From: Magallana gigas
Taxonomy: Eukaryota
Direction: 5' to 3'
Length of the DNA stretch: 64,000 bases
Assembly (NCBI RefSeq): GCF_963853765.1
Contig: NC_088859.1
Coordinates: forward strand, 34,596,001-34,660,000
How positions within the stretch are numbered: position 1 is the stretch's first letter; each line of letters begins with the position of its first letter. Positions 34,343-46,600 of the stretch are shown one piece after another. The position numbers and the translations under genes were made by a program. Below the pieces are notes generated by a model. That model searched no databases. It was not told where the DNA came from and saw only the letters and a program-made list of their open reading frames with translations.

Positions 34343-36749
34343 ATGCGGAGCCCCGCCGGCCTTTGGCTGGTCGCGTGGCTGACCGCCGCTGTTCTGTCCT
34401 CCGCCCTCGGCCAGACTTGTCAGAGGTCGACGCTTCCTTGGCGAACAGCCGACGGAACCGACCCTGTGAAAATGGCGCGAGGAAACGTGACGGTGGTGGC
34501 GCTGCTGTTGGCCAGCTGACCTATGTGTCAGCAGCAGGCAGAAGGGTAAGAACCTAAACCGAATTTAAAAAATATCAATTTCGAAGATTTTCTTTGCCCC
34601 TTCCTAGAAAATGCATTATTTTAAGATACTACACTTACCTTATGCTTAAATATACCCCCGTCTGAAATATTATTTATATAATGTGATTTCTTTCGTTTGA
34701 AGAACGAATAAGACATGGTAATTGTAATGAATGTATTCCGGAAATATAAAGTTTTCAAATCGAATACCTTTATTGATATGTTTAGTCACGCGGTTCAATA
34801 GAATCGGTTTCTTTAGGGCGACACGTAGAGATTCAGTTTGATGAGTCCAACTTATAACTTCATTTTGATATTTAATAGTGTATGTATCAGTAAATACATT
34901 AAGGCTGTTGCGTGTCGTTGCTAGTCCATTGAATGTGTTGTTGTTTTATTGCTGATTCGTATTAGAAATGAATGGGTTTTAAATGAGAATTAGTGTGTAA
35001 GCGTAATAATTAGAAATACAATTAATAAAAACAGATTACATCATGCCTTACTTGAGTCGCAATCTTCACACTCCTATTTAGCTTGTTACGCTGTCATTTT
35101 CTTGACAGTTATGTTGTACATTTATCAAATATTATGCAATTCTCGAATGCAAAATTTTAAGCTATCAACTTAATTTAATTCCAAGCCTTAAAAGTCCTTC
35201 AGTAATAAAGGATAACGCCAATTTCAGAAAAGGAAACGATTTTCATGAATCAACACTATATTCATTCTCTCAAATCAAAAAACTTACTATTTACTTTCAT
35301 TCTTTTCACAGTTTGGAAAAATTGATGACATCGTATCAAAATATAGGTAAAAGGGACATCTCATTTTTCATTGTTAACCATGCCAGAGGAGAAGCTTCTG
35401 TTAACGAACTGACTAGGCGAGTGTCATTTCCGGTCTACCAAGATGACAACACTTCGATGATACAACAGACACTCAACGCTAGCATAGACGACCTATTCCT
35501 TTATGACAGGTACAAAGTAAAGCCAATACTTTGGATAGATTTCAAAGTGAAAATCATTTCCCTGGTCGTAATAATTGAACGAAAAACAAAAAACCCAACA
35601 AACAAGAGAAAAAATGTCAATGTGACAGCAAACCTGGTTTTTCTTTTGTGTGAACAGTATCCATAATCTATTTGTCAATCCTGAATTGATAAACACTTCC
35701 TCTCCTAAGGAATGGGGGTACTATGTATGCAATATTTTGCGAAAAAAAATAACTTAGATAAACAGCTGGTATTTTTTTTTCATAAGTAATCAAAAATCAA
35801 AATCCAAGTAATATGCACATCTCTGCTCTATTTACTACTGATCTGCGTTTGGAGTATCCTTCCGACAGCCACCCGCCATTTTCTCCACTTCAATAACCGG
35901 GTTTTCCTTTTTGGAAAAAAAACGATTAAAAAGGGGCCAACATAGAAAGCCTTTTAAAAAGGCATTTGCTTACTAGAGCTAACGAGTTTTCAAATGTTAA
36001 AATTTATCAACATTTTAGTAATTATTTTTTTTTTCTTTTTTAGATGCGGCACACTTGTATATCACTTGAGAAAACCTGAAAGTCTCGTGTCTCATGGAAC
36101 CATGCAATCCAACTTGCTGACCACCTACTTAAACAACCCTTGCAAATGTACTGATAAGTTTAAATCAAAGGTTTCAACCAAGCCAACTCTATATCAACTC
36201 CAAAGACAGGCGGGCAGTTCGCTATCTTCCATTATTCGTCGACGCAGGCATGTATTAAACCACTTCGGTACATCGTTGGTGTCAACAAACAATGTTCCTT
36301 CTCGCAACGATCGTCCTTCAGATTGACCGAACAACAGATGACGCAGGCAAGTGTCTAACATAGTTGGTACACAAAATCGCGTTCCTTCAGACAATGCTCC
36401 TCAAGAATGACCGAATAGCAGATGACGCAGGCATGTGTCTAAAATAGTTGGTACACAGAATCGCGTTCCTTCAGACAATGTTCCTCAAGAATGACCGAAT
36501 AGCAGATGACGCAGGCATGTGCCTAAAATAGTTGGTACACAAAATCGCGTTCCTTCAGACAATGCTCCTCAAGAATGACCGAATAGCAGATGACGCAGGC
36601 ATGTGTCTAAAATATTTGGTACACGGAATAGCGTTCCTTCAGACAATGTTCCTCCTGTAGAATGACAGAATAGCAGATGACGCAGGCATGTGTCACGTAT
36701 ATTTGGTTCATCGTTGATATTCATGAACAACGGTCGCGTTGCAAACTAA
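34343..36749 (+). CDS. SELENOP: Selenoprotein P, copy 2 (11 Sec, 368 aa); exons 34343-34545, 35312-35509, 36044-36749
   Basis: Same exon sizes (203, 198 nt) and phases as copy 1; UPMC with TGA 34517-34519; ten more in-frame TGA (36324,36339,36408,36423,36492,36507,36576,36591,36663,36678); ends at TAA 36747-36749; total 1107 nt; both SECIS intact. Confidence 0.92.
36324..36700 (+). repeat. Coding tandem repeat, 84-bp unit (last 87 bp), ~5 units; unit U-PNSR-U-RRHVSKIVGTQNRVPSDN(A/V)PQE
   Basis: First TGA of each unit at 36324, 36408, 36492, 36576, 36663; units nearly identical and frame-preserving. Confidence 0.95.
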
Positions 36750-37253
36750 ACGGCCTGCGGATGCATTGCCCTACGTCAAATTGAGTAATATTCTGACCAT
36801 GTCAAAAGCGCTTTTTTGTCTCTTAGAGAGTGGTTCACTGCCTTAAAAAAATGAAGCAATTACCAGTACCAGTACGAGACATTTTAAGACAGTTACAAGT
36901 AAATCCCCTGGAAACGAACTCGCAGACCTGACAGTGATATTAGGATTATGGTGACTGCAATGGCAGCAGTTCATCAACACGTTACAGTGACCCCATTCAT
37001 TGATTCATATTTCAGCTCCTGTTATCCAATTGCGTTGACTGGCCACTGACAATATGACCTATTCAAACAGACAGAACGCGTAACTGACAGTGATAGGGCG
37101 ATCATGTGTTAATCCCGATAAACAGCGTAGAATCTTTCAATGTCAAAAGGTCTTGACAGTGGCAGACCCAGTCCTCGTGATGCTCTGTGTGACAGGAAAG
37201 AGCCAGTCACGCCTTTAAGTACTGTCTTTGACAACCGACAGTGGCAATATTAG
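36750..37253 (+). pseudogene. Decayed remnant of the ancestral Sec-rich domain in the 3' UTR of SELENOP copy 2
   Basis: Collinear blocks match copy 1 13043-14236, e.g. GTAAATCCC..GGAAACGAACTCGCAGACCTGACA, GCGTTGACTGGCCACTGACAAT, CGCGTAACTGACAGTGA, ACTGTCTTTGACAACC and the old stop CAATATTAG (37251-37253). About 500 nt versus ~1190 nt, with deletions and TGA changed to AGA/TTA/TGG/CGA. Confidence 0.88.
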
Positions 37254-37460
37254 ATAGCAAGATCGAACTCGTTAAATCGTCTCTACTGGTATCTACGCTT
37301 CATGATCGAGAGGCAATGATAATGTAAAGTCTGCCCGAATGTTGACGAAGGCAATACATGTAATTTTTTTTACTGAAATGTGTAATGAATCTTTACTTCC
37401 ATTTTGTATGACGCATCTGTAATCAGTGCCATGAAGATCGATTTGCTGCACATTCCGTTT

Positions 37461-37531
37461 CGTCCTCTGTCAATGACGATTTCCAGATAAAACCCAACAG
37501 GTCTCCGGGGGTCTGATCCAATCAGAGGACG
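37461..37531 (+). promoter_or_regulatory. SECIS1 of SELENOP copy 2
   Basis: AUGA 37473-37476 and UGAU 37514-37517; almost identical to copy 1; helix I CGUCCUCUG/CAGAGGACG fully paired. Confidence 0.9.
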
Positions 37532-37888
37532 GCGGGATATGTGAAATCTTCCTGATGACATTGAATTTCGAGATACTTTATACAATACATTTTATATACT
37601 TCACCCCAGTGCCATTTTCCTGAGGCCTGTTAGAAAGTAGTTTAAAGCTTTGTTAAACTATACTCTGAACTAATTTCTGAAACCTCTGTAAAATTTTGTT
37701 TTAAGTTATCAATTAAAAAAAATCAAAAAGAAATTTAAACTACCTTTCACCTCATTTTAATTTCTGTTAATAACTCCTCTTTATTTGTTTTAAGTAGAAT
37801 CTATCTCCTGTCATCATATTCTCAGTGTAAAAGTTGTAATAGTTTTATGCTTGAATGTTTTTATCAATGAGAAAAAATCATATCTATT

Positions 37889-37979
37889 CGGATCCTGCTG
37901 TATCTGACCATGAAATTTCACCCTGAAACTTTAAAAAGAGGGGTGATTTTGAACAATTAAGATAAATAAGCAGTATCCA
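37889..37979 (+). promoter_or_regulatory. SECIS2 of SELENOP copy 2
   Basis: AUGA 37910-37913 and UGAA 37950-37953; UCACCCU/GGGGUGA helix; AAA motif; CUU/AAG mini-stem; AATAAA at 38062-38067. Confidence 0.9.
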
Positions 37980-40657
37980 CATAGCTACGTTTTTTCTCTG
38001 TATGATCAGTGTACTAGTACATGTATTTCTTTCCAACGGCAAAAATGTTGTATACTTGAAAAATAAAGATAAAAACTAACAATTGCTTTGTGTAGATGGT
38101 TTCCTTCAATAATCTGTATTTTATTCCTGCGAAATGAGTGTACAACTTGGGACTACATCCAAATTAAGTTTATGAGGGCCATATGCAAATTACATAGGGG
38201 TTATTAATTAGACTGATATTTCTTAAATTCAAACGAAAAAATGCAAAGGAGCAAAAATATTACAATTTTGATAGAGGCTTACATGCTATTATAATACACA
38301 AGCTTTAAGTAAAGAATAAATACAATTCGTGAAAAATATGGTCCCTTATCAAATCCATTGCAAAGTGTACTTGAAGTAGAGATTAAATTTAGTCTTATTT
38401 GAATGAAATATGCAGAACCTGTAAAAATAACCAAAGAAAGCTGCTTTCATCCTTTTTATTTGCCCCTTAAATAATGAATACAAATACATTGTGTTTGTAT
38501 CTAAAAGCACATATTATCTTACATTTAGTTACAACACATCTCATCACTATTATACAGTCTTACAAGATTCAAGAGAAGATATTGATAAATTTCAAAAAAT
38601 ATACATGATATGCACGCTATACACAGAACATTTTCAGATTCATTTAAAAAATGGTGATGTCTAAATATATAGAATTATATTACACTTTCAATGCATTTAA
38701 ATACAATGCAGTTCTTGTTATAATTTGTATTATTATGTAACTATGTATTTCACTCATACACACTGCACTAAAACAACCAAGAAGTCTGAAGCTGAAGGAA
38801 ATTTAAGATGTTTCCATTTTGTTGATAAAATCACCGTACAAAATGTACATGGGACTAGAAAATTTCATCATTAAGTGGGTATAGGGTCACAATTAATGCA
38901 CGTTTACTGGTACATAATGAAAAAAAAAAGATGTCTTCGTGCATCTGCAAATCTCGATGACCCCAAAGAATGCAAGCATTTTATAAGTAGATTGTTTCTT
39001 AAGTATATAAATTCACCTGAATTGATTAATCTTGACATCATTCTTTATGCCAGATACCATGTTACAAATATGTAATAGCCAGTATTTACAACAAATCAAA
39101 ATTGAAAAATTTCATTAAGGAGGCTAGGTACAGTCAACAAATAAACCATCAGATCGTCCTTAAGGTAGTCCTATACTCGGCAGTAAATGGTCTCAATCAT
39201 TGGAGGCTTAGCTTTAAAAGACAGATATGCATTATAGCAAATTGAATACATGCCTAAGAAATCTGTATGTTTACATGCTAGATTTTTTGTTATCACCTCT
39301 CAGAAAGGTGTACCCCCTTGCAAATATCATTAACAATGACGAAATTTGCCAGACGTCCATTTTTTCCTAAAAAAATTATTACCAATTTTGGGGAAATTAG
39401 AACTGGATATACAAAATGGAGTACGAACATTTACTTAAACCATGTCACATCAAAATTTTTGTGCAAGTTGTTTGAGTAAGTATCCTTTAAGGGACTGATG
39501 CATCAAAATAAAATACAAAAAATGTGATGCTGGTATCGTGTGTGGTCATTTTTTATTTTTTCATGGACTCAAACCTAAATTCATGGTGTTTATTCTGTAG
39601 AATGCATCTTAGAAAAAGATTTGGTAAAATAAACCATAGGTTGACGGATTACTTTTAAGGCCATAAGTTCTTAACCAAAGAGACCCTAAAGAAAAAATCC
39701 GTAAAAATCACATTTTACTACAGTTTTCTGCAGAGGTATGTCAATAATGTTGGATATTGTTTAATCATTAATTAATCATTGCTTAATTAAATATGAATTA
39801 GCTTCTGTCTCTAAATTTTAACCGGTTTTATTAAAAAAAGAGAAAAATTCGGGGCGGGGGGACCCATCAAAACAAAGAATAAAAGCATACCTGTGATCAT
39901 GGTTAATTGAAAATTTCGTTTTTCATTTTACTCTTACAAAATCGAGTTTCTCAACATTTCATTTCTATCTCTCATACAATACATACATTACCATTCTAAT
40001 AGCTAATTATTGTCATTGTTTACAACAGGGATGCATAGCAAAATCAATACCGGGTATCTAAATCACTATGTAAAATTCGAACCAAGATTGTAAAATCCAT
40101 ATTATGACGTAGTGTGATACTGGGGCTACTTTAAATTTTTAAAAAATGATTTTTCATAAGCTGTAAACTTTTGTTTGGTAAAGAAAAATTCCATTTACTT
40201 TTGCTTTAAAATTTGAATACTTTCTCATATCTTTATATAAAGCTCTTCTTTTTAGAGTTATAGAATGATAAAGAGTGCAGTCTATAGTACCACAGAATGT
40301 GAGAAATTGGACAAAAATTGCTTTAGAGATATTCATACAACGTTTCTTCATGTATAGCCATAATAGGGATTATCATCCTTTTCAAATAAAATCATCGTTA
40401 AAGATATTCATACAACATTTCATATGTATATCATGTAGAGGTTATCACCCTTTTCAAATTAAACCACTGTTTTTCACACCTACACATGTATCAACCATAC
40501 AAAGTTTTGTAAAAATATATATGATAAAAGCATTATCAACAAAATTGGGGGAGGGGAACTTATAGATAAAAATAATGGAAAATTCAAATGAATTAGTAAA
40601 TAATGAACTCAATACACACAAAAAATTATATCATTTTATGTTGACTACACCTAGTGT

Positions 40658-43600
40658 TTATAGTTCTCCCCTCTTCCTCGACTTGATAGAGTAGTTTCCC
40701 TCCATGACATCTATAATATCCTGAGTGATATCCTCCACAGATATCCAAGGGCCCCACGCCTCCACAACATGTCCATTCTCATCCACCAAATACTTCCAGA
40801 AATTCCATGTTGGCTGTTTGATATTCTCTGAATATAGAAATAATGTAGTACATGTATTAGTACATGTAATAGATACACATCATGCATGGTGTGTTGCCAT
40901 TAAATACTTAATCAGAAAAGTAAGCAAGCTTGCACATACCCCATGCTCCCCCTTACCTGACAATACAATTTGTTTACCAAAAAAGTTCATCTTAATTACA
41001 TGAATCATAAGCTTACTAATATCTAAATTTGTTGGAACATAGAAAAAGACAGACATGGAGATTCCAATGCAACCTCCCTAACCCCCCCCCTCCCCTCCCC
41101 AAAAAAAATTATTAGCCAGGGTAAGGATATAATGTATACAATTGTCATATATATATTTACAATACAAGCATCAATTTTGCAACCAGGACATTTTATCGTT
41201 ACACATTTATTGTTTATAATGCTATTTGATTGCTTGATTTTTGAAATATGAAAGAGAATATTGATCAACATTATAAATATGGTAGCACCACAAAGCAAGC
41301 AACTGTAAAGAGTCTTAAATTCTCTGTAAATAAACACTCAGTATGCAAATAGAGTGGGTATTTTATTCAAACACTGTCAATGAATTATGTTTCCAACCAA
41401 ACATTTAACTCCATTCATCATTTCAGTTTCTAGTTGAGTGCCCTTTACTACTGTGCTTTTAAACATATTAAAGCAGTAAACATTTTCCTGCTATCCATAC
41501 ATTGCTAACTTAAGCGTTACATACACCCCACATCTTACCTGTTAAATATGACCACACATCTGGTGCATTATCTCCCACTACATCTACTTTCGAAAATATG
41601 GGAAAGTTGACGTTGTAGTTTTTCTTTGCAAATGATAAAATCTCATTGTAACTCTGAAAAATAAAAGTATTTTATATATTGTTGGACTACTAGCATTAAA
41701 TACCACACAAAAATAGTTAAGTCCAAAAAAAAATTTATTTATTGTTTTGAATTGCCTCCTGTCTAATTGAAATACCCCTTGATGATAAAATTTTATTTTA
41801 TAAATTCTATTTATATAAAGAACTTTTTTTTTATGGAGATTTCTACTTTTTACTAATAAGATAAACTTCGATTTTTGAACAAAAAAAAAAATATCTTAAT
41901 TTGATATTTATGTTCATATAATATAAAGAGGTTGTAATGTTCAATACTGGTAGTCTATGTCATGCTTTTCTTCATGCTTTCCAACAGATCTCTGATCAGA
42001 TTTCAGGCATGTAGCATGATTAGCATCACTACTGTAAATTCCTAATTAAACGCAAGGAATTGATATCCGCGTAAAATCGCGAGAGGCCCATCTCGCTAAT
42101 TTTAAAATCTCACTTTTAATTTTTAAACATATGTAAACTACATAAAACTATGATAAAATTTTGACATTAGCGATTTTATGTTCTCGCGATTTTATGGAAA
42201 ACCGTTGAATCGCGAAACTAAGTACTCACGTAAAATAAGGAATCTACAGAATTGAAAGATTCAGGAGGTCTGGTTCATCTTTATGTATATTTAGCAAAAT
42301 GTATGATGAAACAAGATATGTTTGTGAAACACTCCCTTTGAAGCAACCATGAAAAAAATAAACAGAAACTTCAAATAATTGGAATTTTTCTAAGTCAAAG
42401 GGGCATAACTCTTTCTAAAACTGCTCGATCGTACCAAACATCAAACTTTTTAGTATAATAAATCTGTAAACCATATTTCAATTCAATACGTGCAACCTCT
42501 GGGAAGAAAATGAACAGAAACTATGGTGGACTGACCAACCGACAGATGGACTGCAGCAAAGCAATATACCCTCCCTTCTTCGAAGGGGGGCATAAAAATA
42601 CAAAGGGGCCCCCCCTTGTTGCTATAAATCAGGCTGTCAAATTACAATTTTGCACAAAATGTTAAGAAAATAACAAAGATCAGTGAATGCAGACAGAACT
42701 GTAGATTCCTTATTATACAATAGTACGTAATTTTGAAATTCATCTGTTTTTTTAATCAAAACATTGAATATTTATCATAGTTTCATATAGTTTACATCTG
42801 TCTGAAAAATAAAAGTGATATTTTAAAATCTAGGAGATGTGCTTCTCATGATTTCATGAATATTTTTCATTTCTCGGGTTTAATAAGGAATCTACAGTAA
42901 TCATATGCTATACATACCCCTGGTTCTTGGTTACCAAACTGATTACAAGGGAAGGCTAGCACGGTAAATTTTTCAGTGGATCCCAGCTTGTCCTGGAGTC
43001 TGACTAGGGCTTTGTAGTGACCATCAGTGTAGCCACACTCAGATGCTCTGATTGTATTATACATGACATTGTATGTTCGACACTTTTGACGATCGACCCA
43101 AATCAAACATCAACCCCCTCTTACCATTGGCAAGATTAGAGCCATTTTTATAAGAGCTTGGACTTTGGGTAGTTGTGTTAAACAGCAATGTGTATAATCC
43201 TGTCTATTTCATTGTAAGCCACTGGGCAATAGCTCTTTGAAATCAACAAGATTTGTCTGGCTTTTGACCTAAGACTATGCAATCTGCGCATATTTTGCTT
43301 GAAACTGCTTCATTTTTAACTTGTTTTGATGCAAGAATTAGATAGCTTGTTAAAATGGTTTTATTTCATGTGTATTCCTCTTTAGCTTGTGACCTGGAGA
43401 CTGTATGCTGACTTCTTGGTGGGACTCCAAGGCTTCAAGCTTAGATGAGAGTCATCACAAGCCAAGACCCACTGGCTAACAGAACCAAACCCTCTGGAAT
43501 CTGGCTTCCATCTTGCAGGTTACCTTGGCTTTGCCTGGATCCCTCCAGCAGTTCCCTTTCCTGAACAAGTCATTCAGTCCTCCTTGAGATAATTCACCTC

Positions 43601-46600
43601 ACTGTACTGGTAGCATCTGTCAAATCAATGGGCACAACCTAGCCTACAATGTGTCAATGCCAGTGTGGGGTCATGTTTATTGATTCTCAAGGCCAGCTCC
43701 AAATCATCTATCCTACTCCTGGGGCCCGTTTCTCAAAAAGGCGTAAATTTGGGCCTAAGTTAGTCCGACTAACAAAGTTACGCCAATATTTAGTCGGGTC
43801 TAAGTTGCGTTTCTGAAAGATGCGTAAGTTAGGGTTTAAATGTTTAAGAACTTAGACATCTCCGCTGAGTACTAAGCATGCGCATATCATATTTTGTTTT
43901 GCTTTGAGGCTATGATTATATGTGGTGGATCAATTTTCCAATTCATAGTACATGTAGTACCCGAAAGTACGCATGTTATACCACTGAATGTGCATAGTTC
44001 AAGCTGTTCATGACATTTTATATTAGTAAAAGTAGAACAAATGCCTATACACTTCTTAACATAATGAAATGTTAGAGAAAAACAGTTGATATGAAAGCGT
44101 CATATATAAGAGGTTTCAGAAACCAAATATGTGACAATTAAATGCATTGTAGATGATATTGAGGCACAATCTTACATATTAATTGAACGAAACAATACAT
44201 AGAAATTAACTTCAATGTTAGTGTAAACTTCAAATATTTATAGAATACAGGGACAAGGTACAGTGGATATGCCCCAATACGTCTGCAGAATAAGAAGTAT
44301 GCTTCATAGACACTGTAGATCTTTAGACATTTTCAGATGCTGGGATAAGGCTTGATTCTTTTTTATCAATTCACTATATTATTTATAGAAAATAATATGA
44401 CAATGAGTAACCAACAGCAACCAACTGAAATCGAAAATATCTTTTGTATAAATAATTAACCCCTTCACGGTAACTGCGGTACTGCTCTTTTGCAGGGCAA
44501 AATGACATGGTTTGGTGAAATATGACGTAACGTCAATTATTTCATTTACGTCATTTAATTATCTACCTACTGAAATTTCGGCAAAGTATATCATTTTGCC
44601 CTGCAAGAGAGCAGTACCGCAGTTATCGTGAAGGGGTCTATATTACATGAACCTTGTCCATCCTCTGTTCCAATATTGAAAGAATGTAGTCAATGACATG
44701 GAAACGATTCTTGATTTTCTGCGATTCAAATGATAATAGTTTCGAAAGATATTAATAGTCAACAATTAACAAGACAGGAATTATCAACATTTGAGGCCGA
44801 GGTCTCCCCATCTCCCTTTCCTGTATTTTGGTTTAATCGATCGATTGTTTTGTTTTGGTTTTTTTCGGGGGGGGGGGGGGAGATTGAAAGTAATATACAC
44901 CATACATAAACAGGGAATAATTCGCCCTGTTTAATTTACAATCATTACACCCTCGTTGTCAGCGGGCGAATTTATGTTGATTTTCAATATCTAATATTAA
45001 ATAACTTAAGTAACAGCTGTGACTTGGCGAAGTCACGACAGAGTGAAACTGTTTGCAAGTGTAGAAGGACGGATATTACACGGGACCAAAATAACCCTGT
45101 ATACAGTATCTTGATTAAAATAAAGATATAAAAGCAGTTATCTAAGAACACCCTTCCTATTTAAGGAAAGTTTTATAAATAAAAGGTTTTTACAAGTTTA
45201 ATGGAAAAGGCATCGAAAAATCCCCTACCCCCTTCCGGATAAGACATTTTGCATCTTTGCGGTTTTAACAAGTGCATGTGAGTTTTACTTTTTTCCCTAT
45301 TTGCTTTGGGTTATTGGGGTGGGGGTGTATACAATTGGTTATATAATAAGTATGACAAATGCAAGCTAGTTAAATTTGTAAATAATGCACACTGTTGTAA
45401 AACTGCTATAACAACGCTTTTGTATTGCAAGTCGACAACTTCGAAATTAAAAAAAAATCCCTTGATATACGTACATTTTAAATATGATGAAACAAAACTA
45501 TCATGAATTCATGTAATTAAAGATCCATTCAATTATATGAGTACAAATAAACAATGCATATGAATATGCACGAAGATCATTGATAGTACATGTGCCCCAT
45601 ACCTATTTTAATAGAATTACGATCGATGTTAAATATGAACGCAATTGATCATTTCATCCTAGAATTAATAAGATAAATGAATTTGATTTCCAAAAATTCA
45701 AGGTGTGCATGTAAAATTTTATAATATTCGATAACCTTGACAAACGCTTGTCAACAGATCTAAAATTGATGCACACTCTGCACGCTTCTAAAACATATTT
45801 ATAAGTAATATTTTAACAAACAAAAATTGATTGTATCTAAATGTATGCGAGTTCATAAACATTCCAAAATACATGTAGCTTTCATACGGTTTTGTAAAGA
45901 TACTAGGAGTAAAAAAAATGAAAATGAGAATGCATACGTGTTGTAAAGTTTTCAGTAATACATGTATAGGTAAAGAACAAACAACCACACACAAGGACAA
46001 ATTACAAATGTAAACGTTTTGAGTTGCTCCTATTCATAATTTTGAAATCAGTTTCGTTTCACTGGTTCAAATTTGATTAGAAACATTAAATTCTAGTACA
46101 TGCTTACTGAGTATTGATTAAAAACATCAATAATATATTCGTACTTATATACATCTATCTTGTTGGGGAATACATGTTTAATTTAGAAATAAAGCATCTT
46201 TTTAATTATTGTGTTTATATCATTTATCGGGGCATACCCATTCTTCACAATTTAGGTAAATTTCATTACGAGTAGTAATGTATATTACATACGTTTAATG
46301 AGGTGAGCCCATTATTTATCAAATTGATTTAATCTTAATTTATTTAGAAATAGAAACAAAAGGTATTTTCTAAAGTTATATGTACATGTACAAATATTTA
46401 AATAAATGTGAATGTTTTCTTTAATAACACATAAAACAAACCAAAAAATAAAATTCTCCGTACATTTTGCCTTAGAAACAAAACACTCGCCATTTTTGTG
46501 CACAGACTAAGGACTTACGCCTACCCATTAGCAGGCGTAGATTTAAACCCGAATTTAGTCCCGACTAAGTTTCCGCCTTTTTGTGAAACGCAACTTAGTC

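Noticed and set aside
36324-36700. CRISPR-like appearance of the 84-bp array (also the 137-bp and 39-bp arrays)
   Set aside because: Whole units repeat with no unique spacers, no cas genes are present and the context is eukaryotic.
43020-43047. GPx as a third selenoprotein
   Set aside because: The active-site codon is TGT (ASEC) and no SECIS was seen after its stop.
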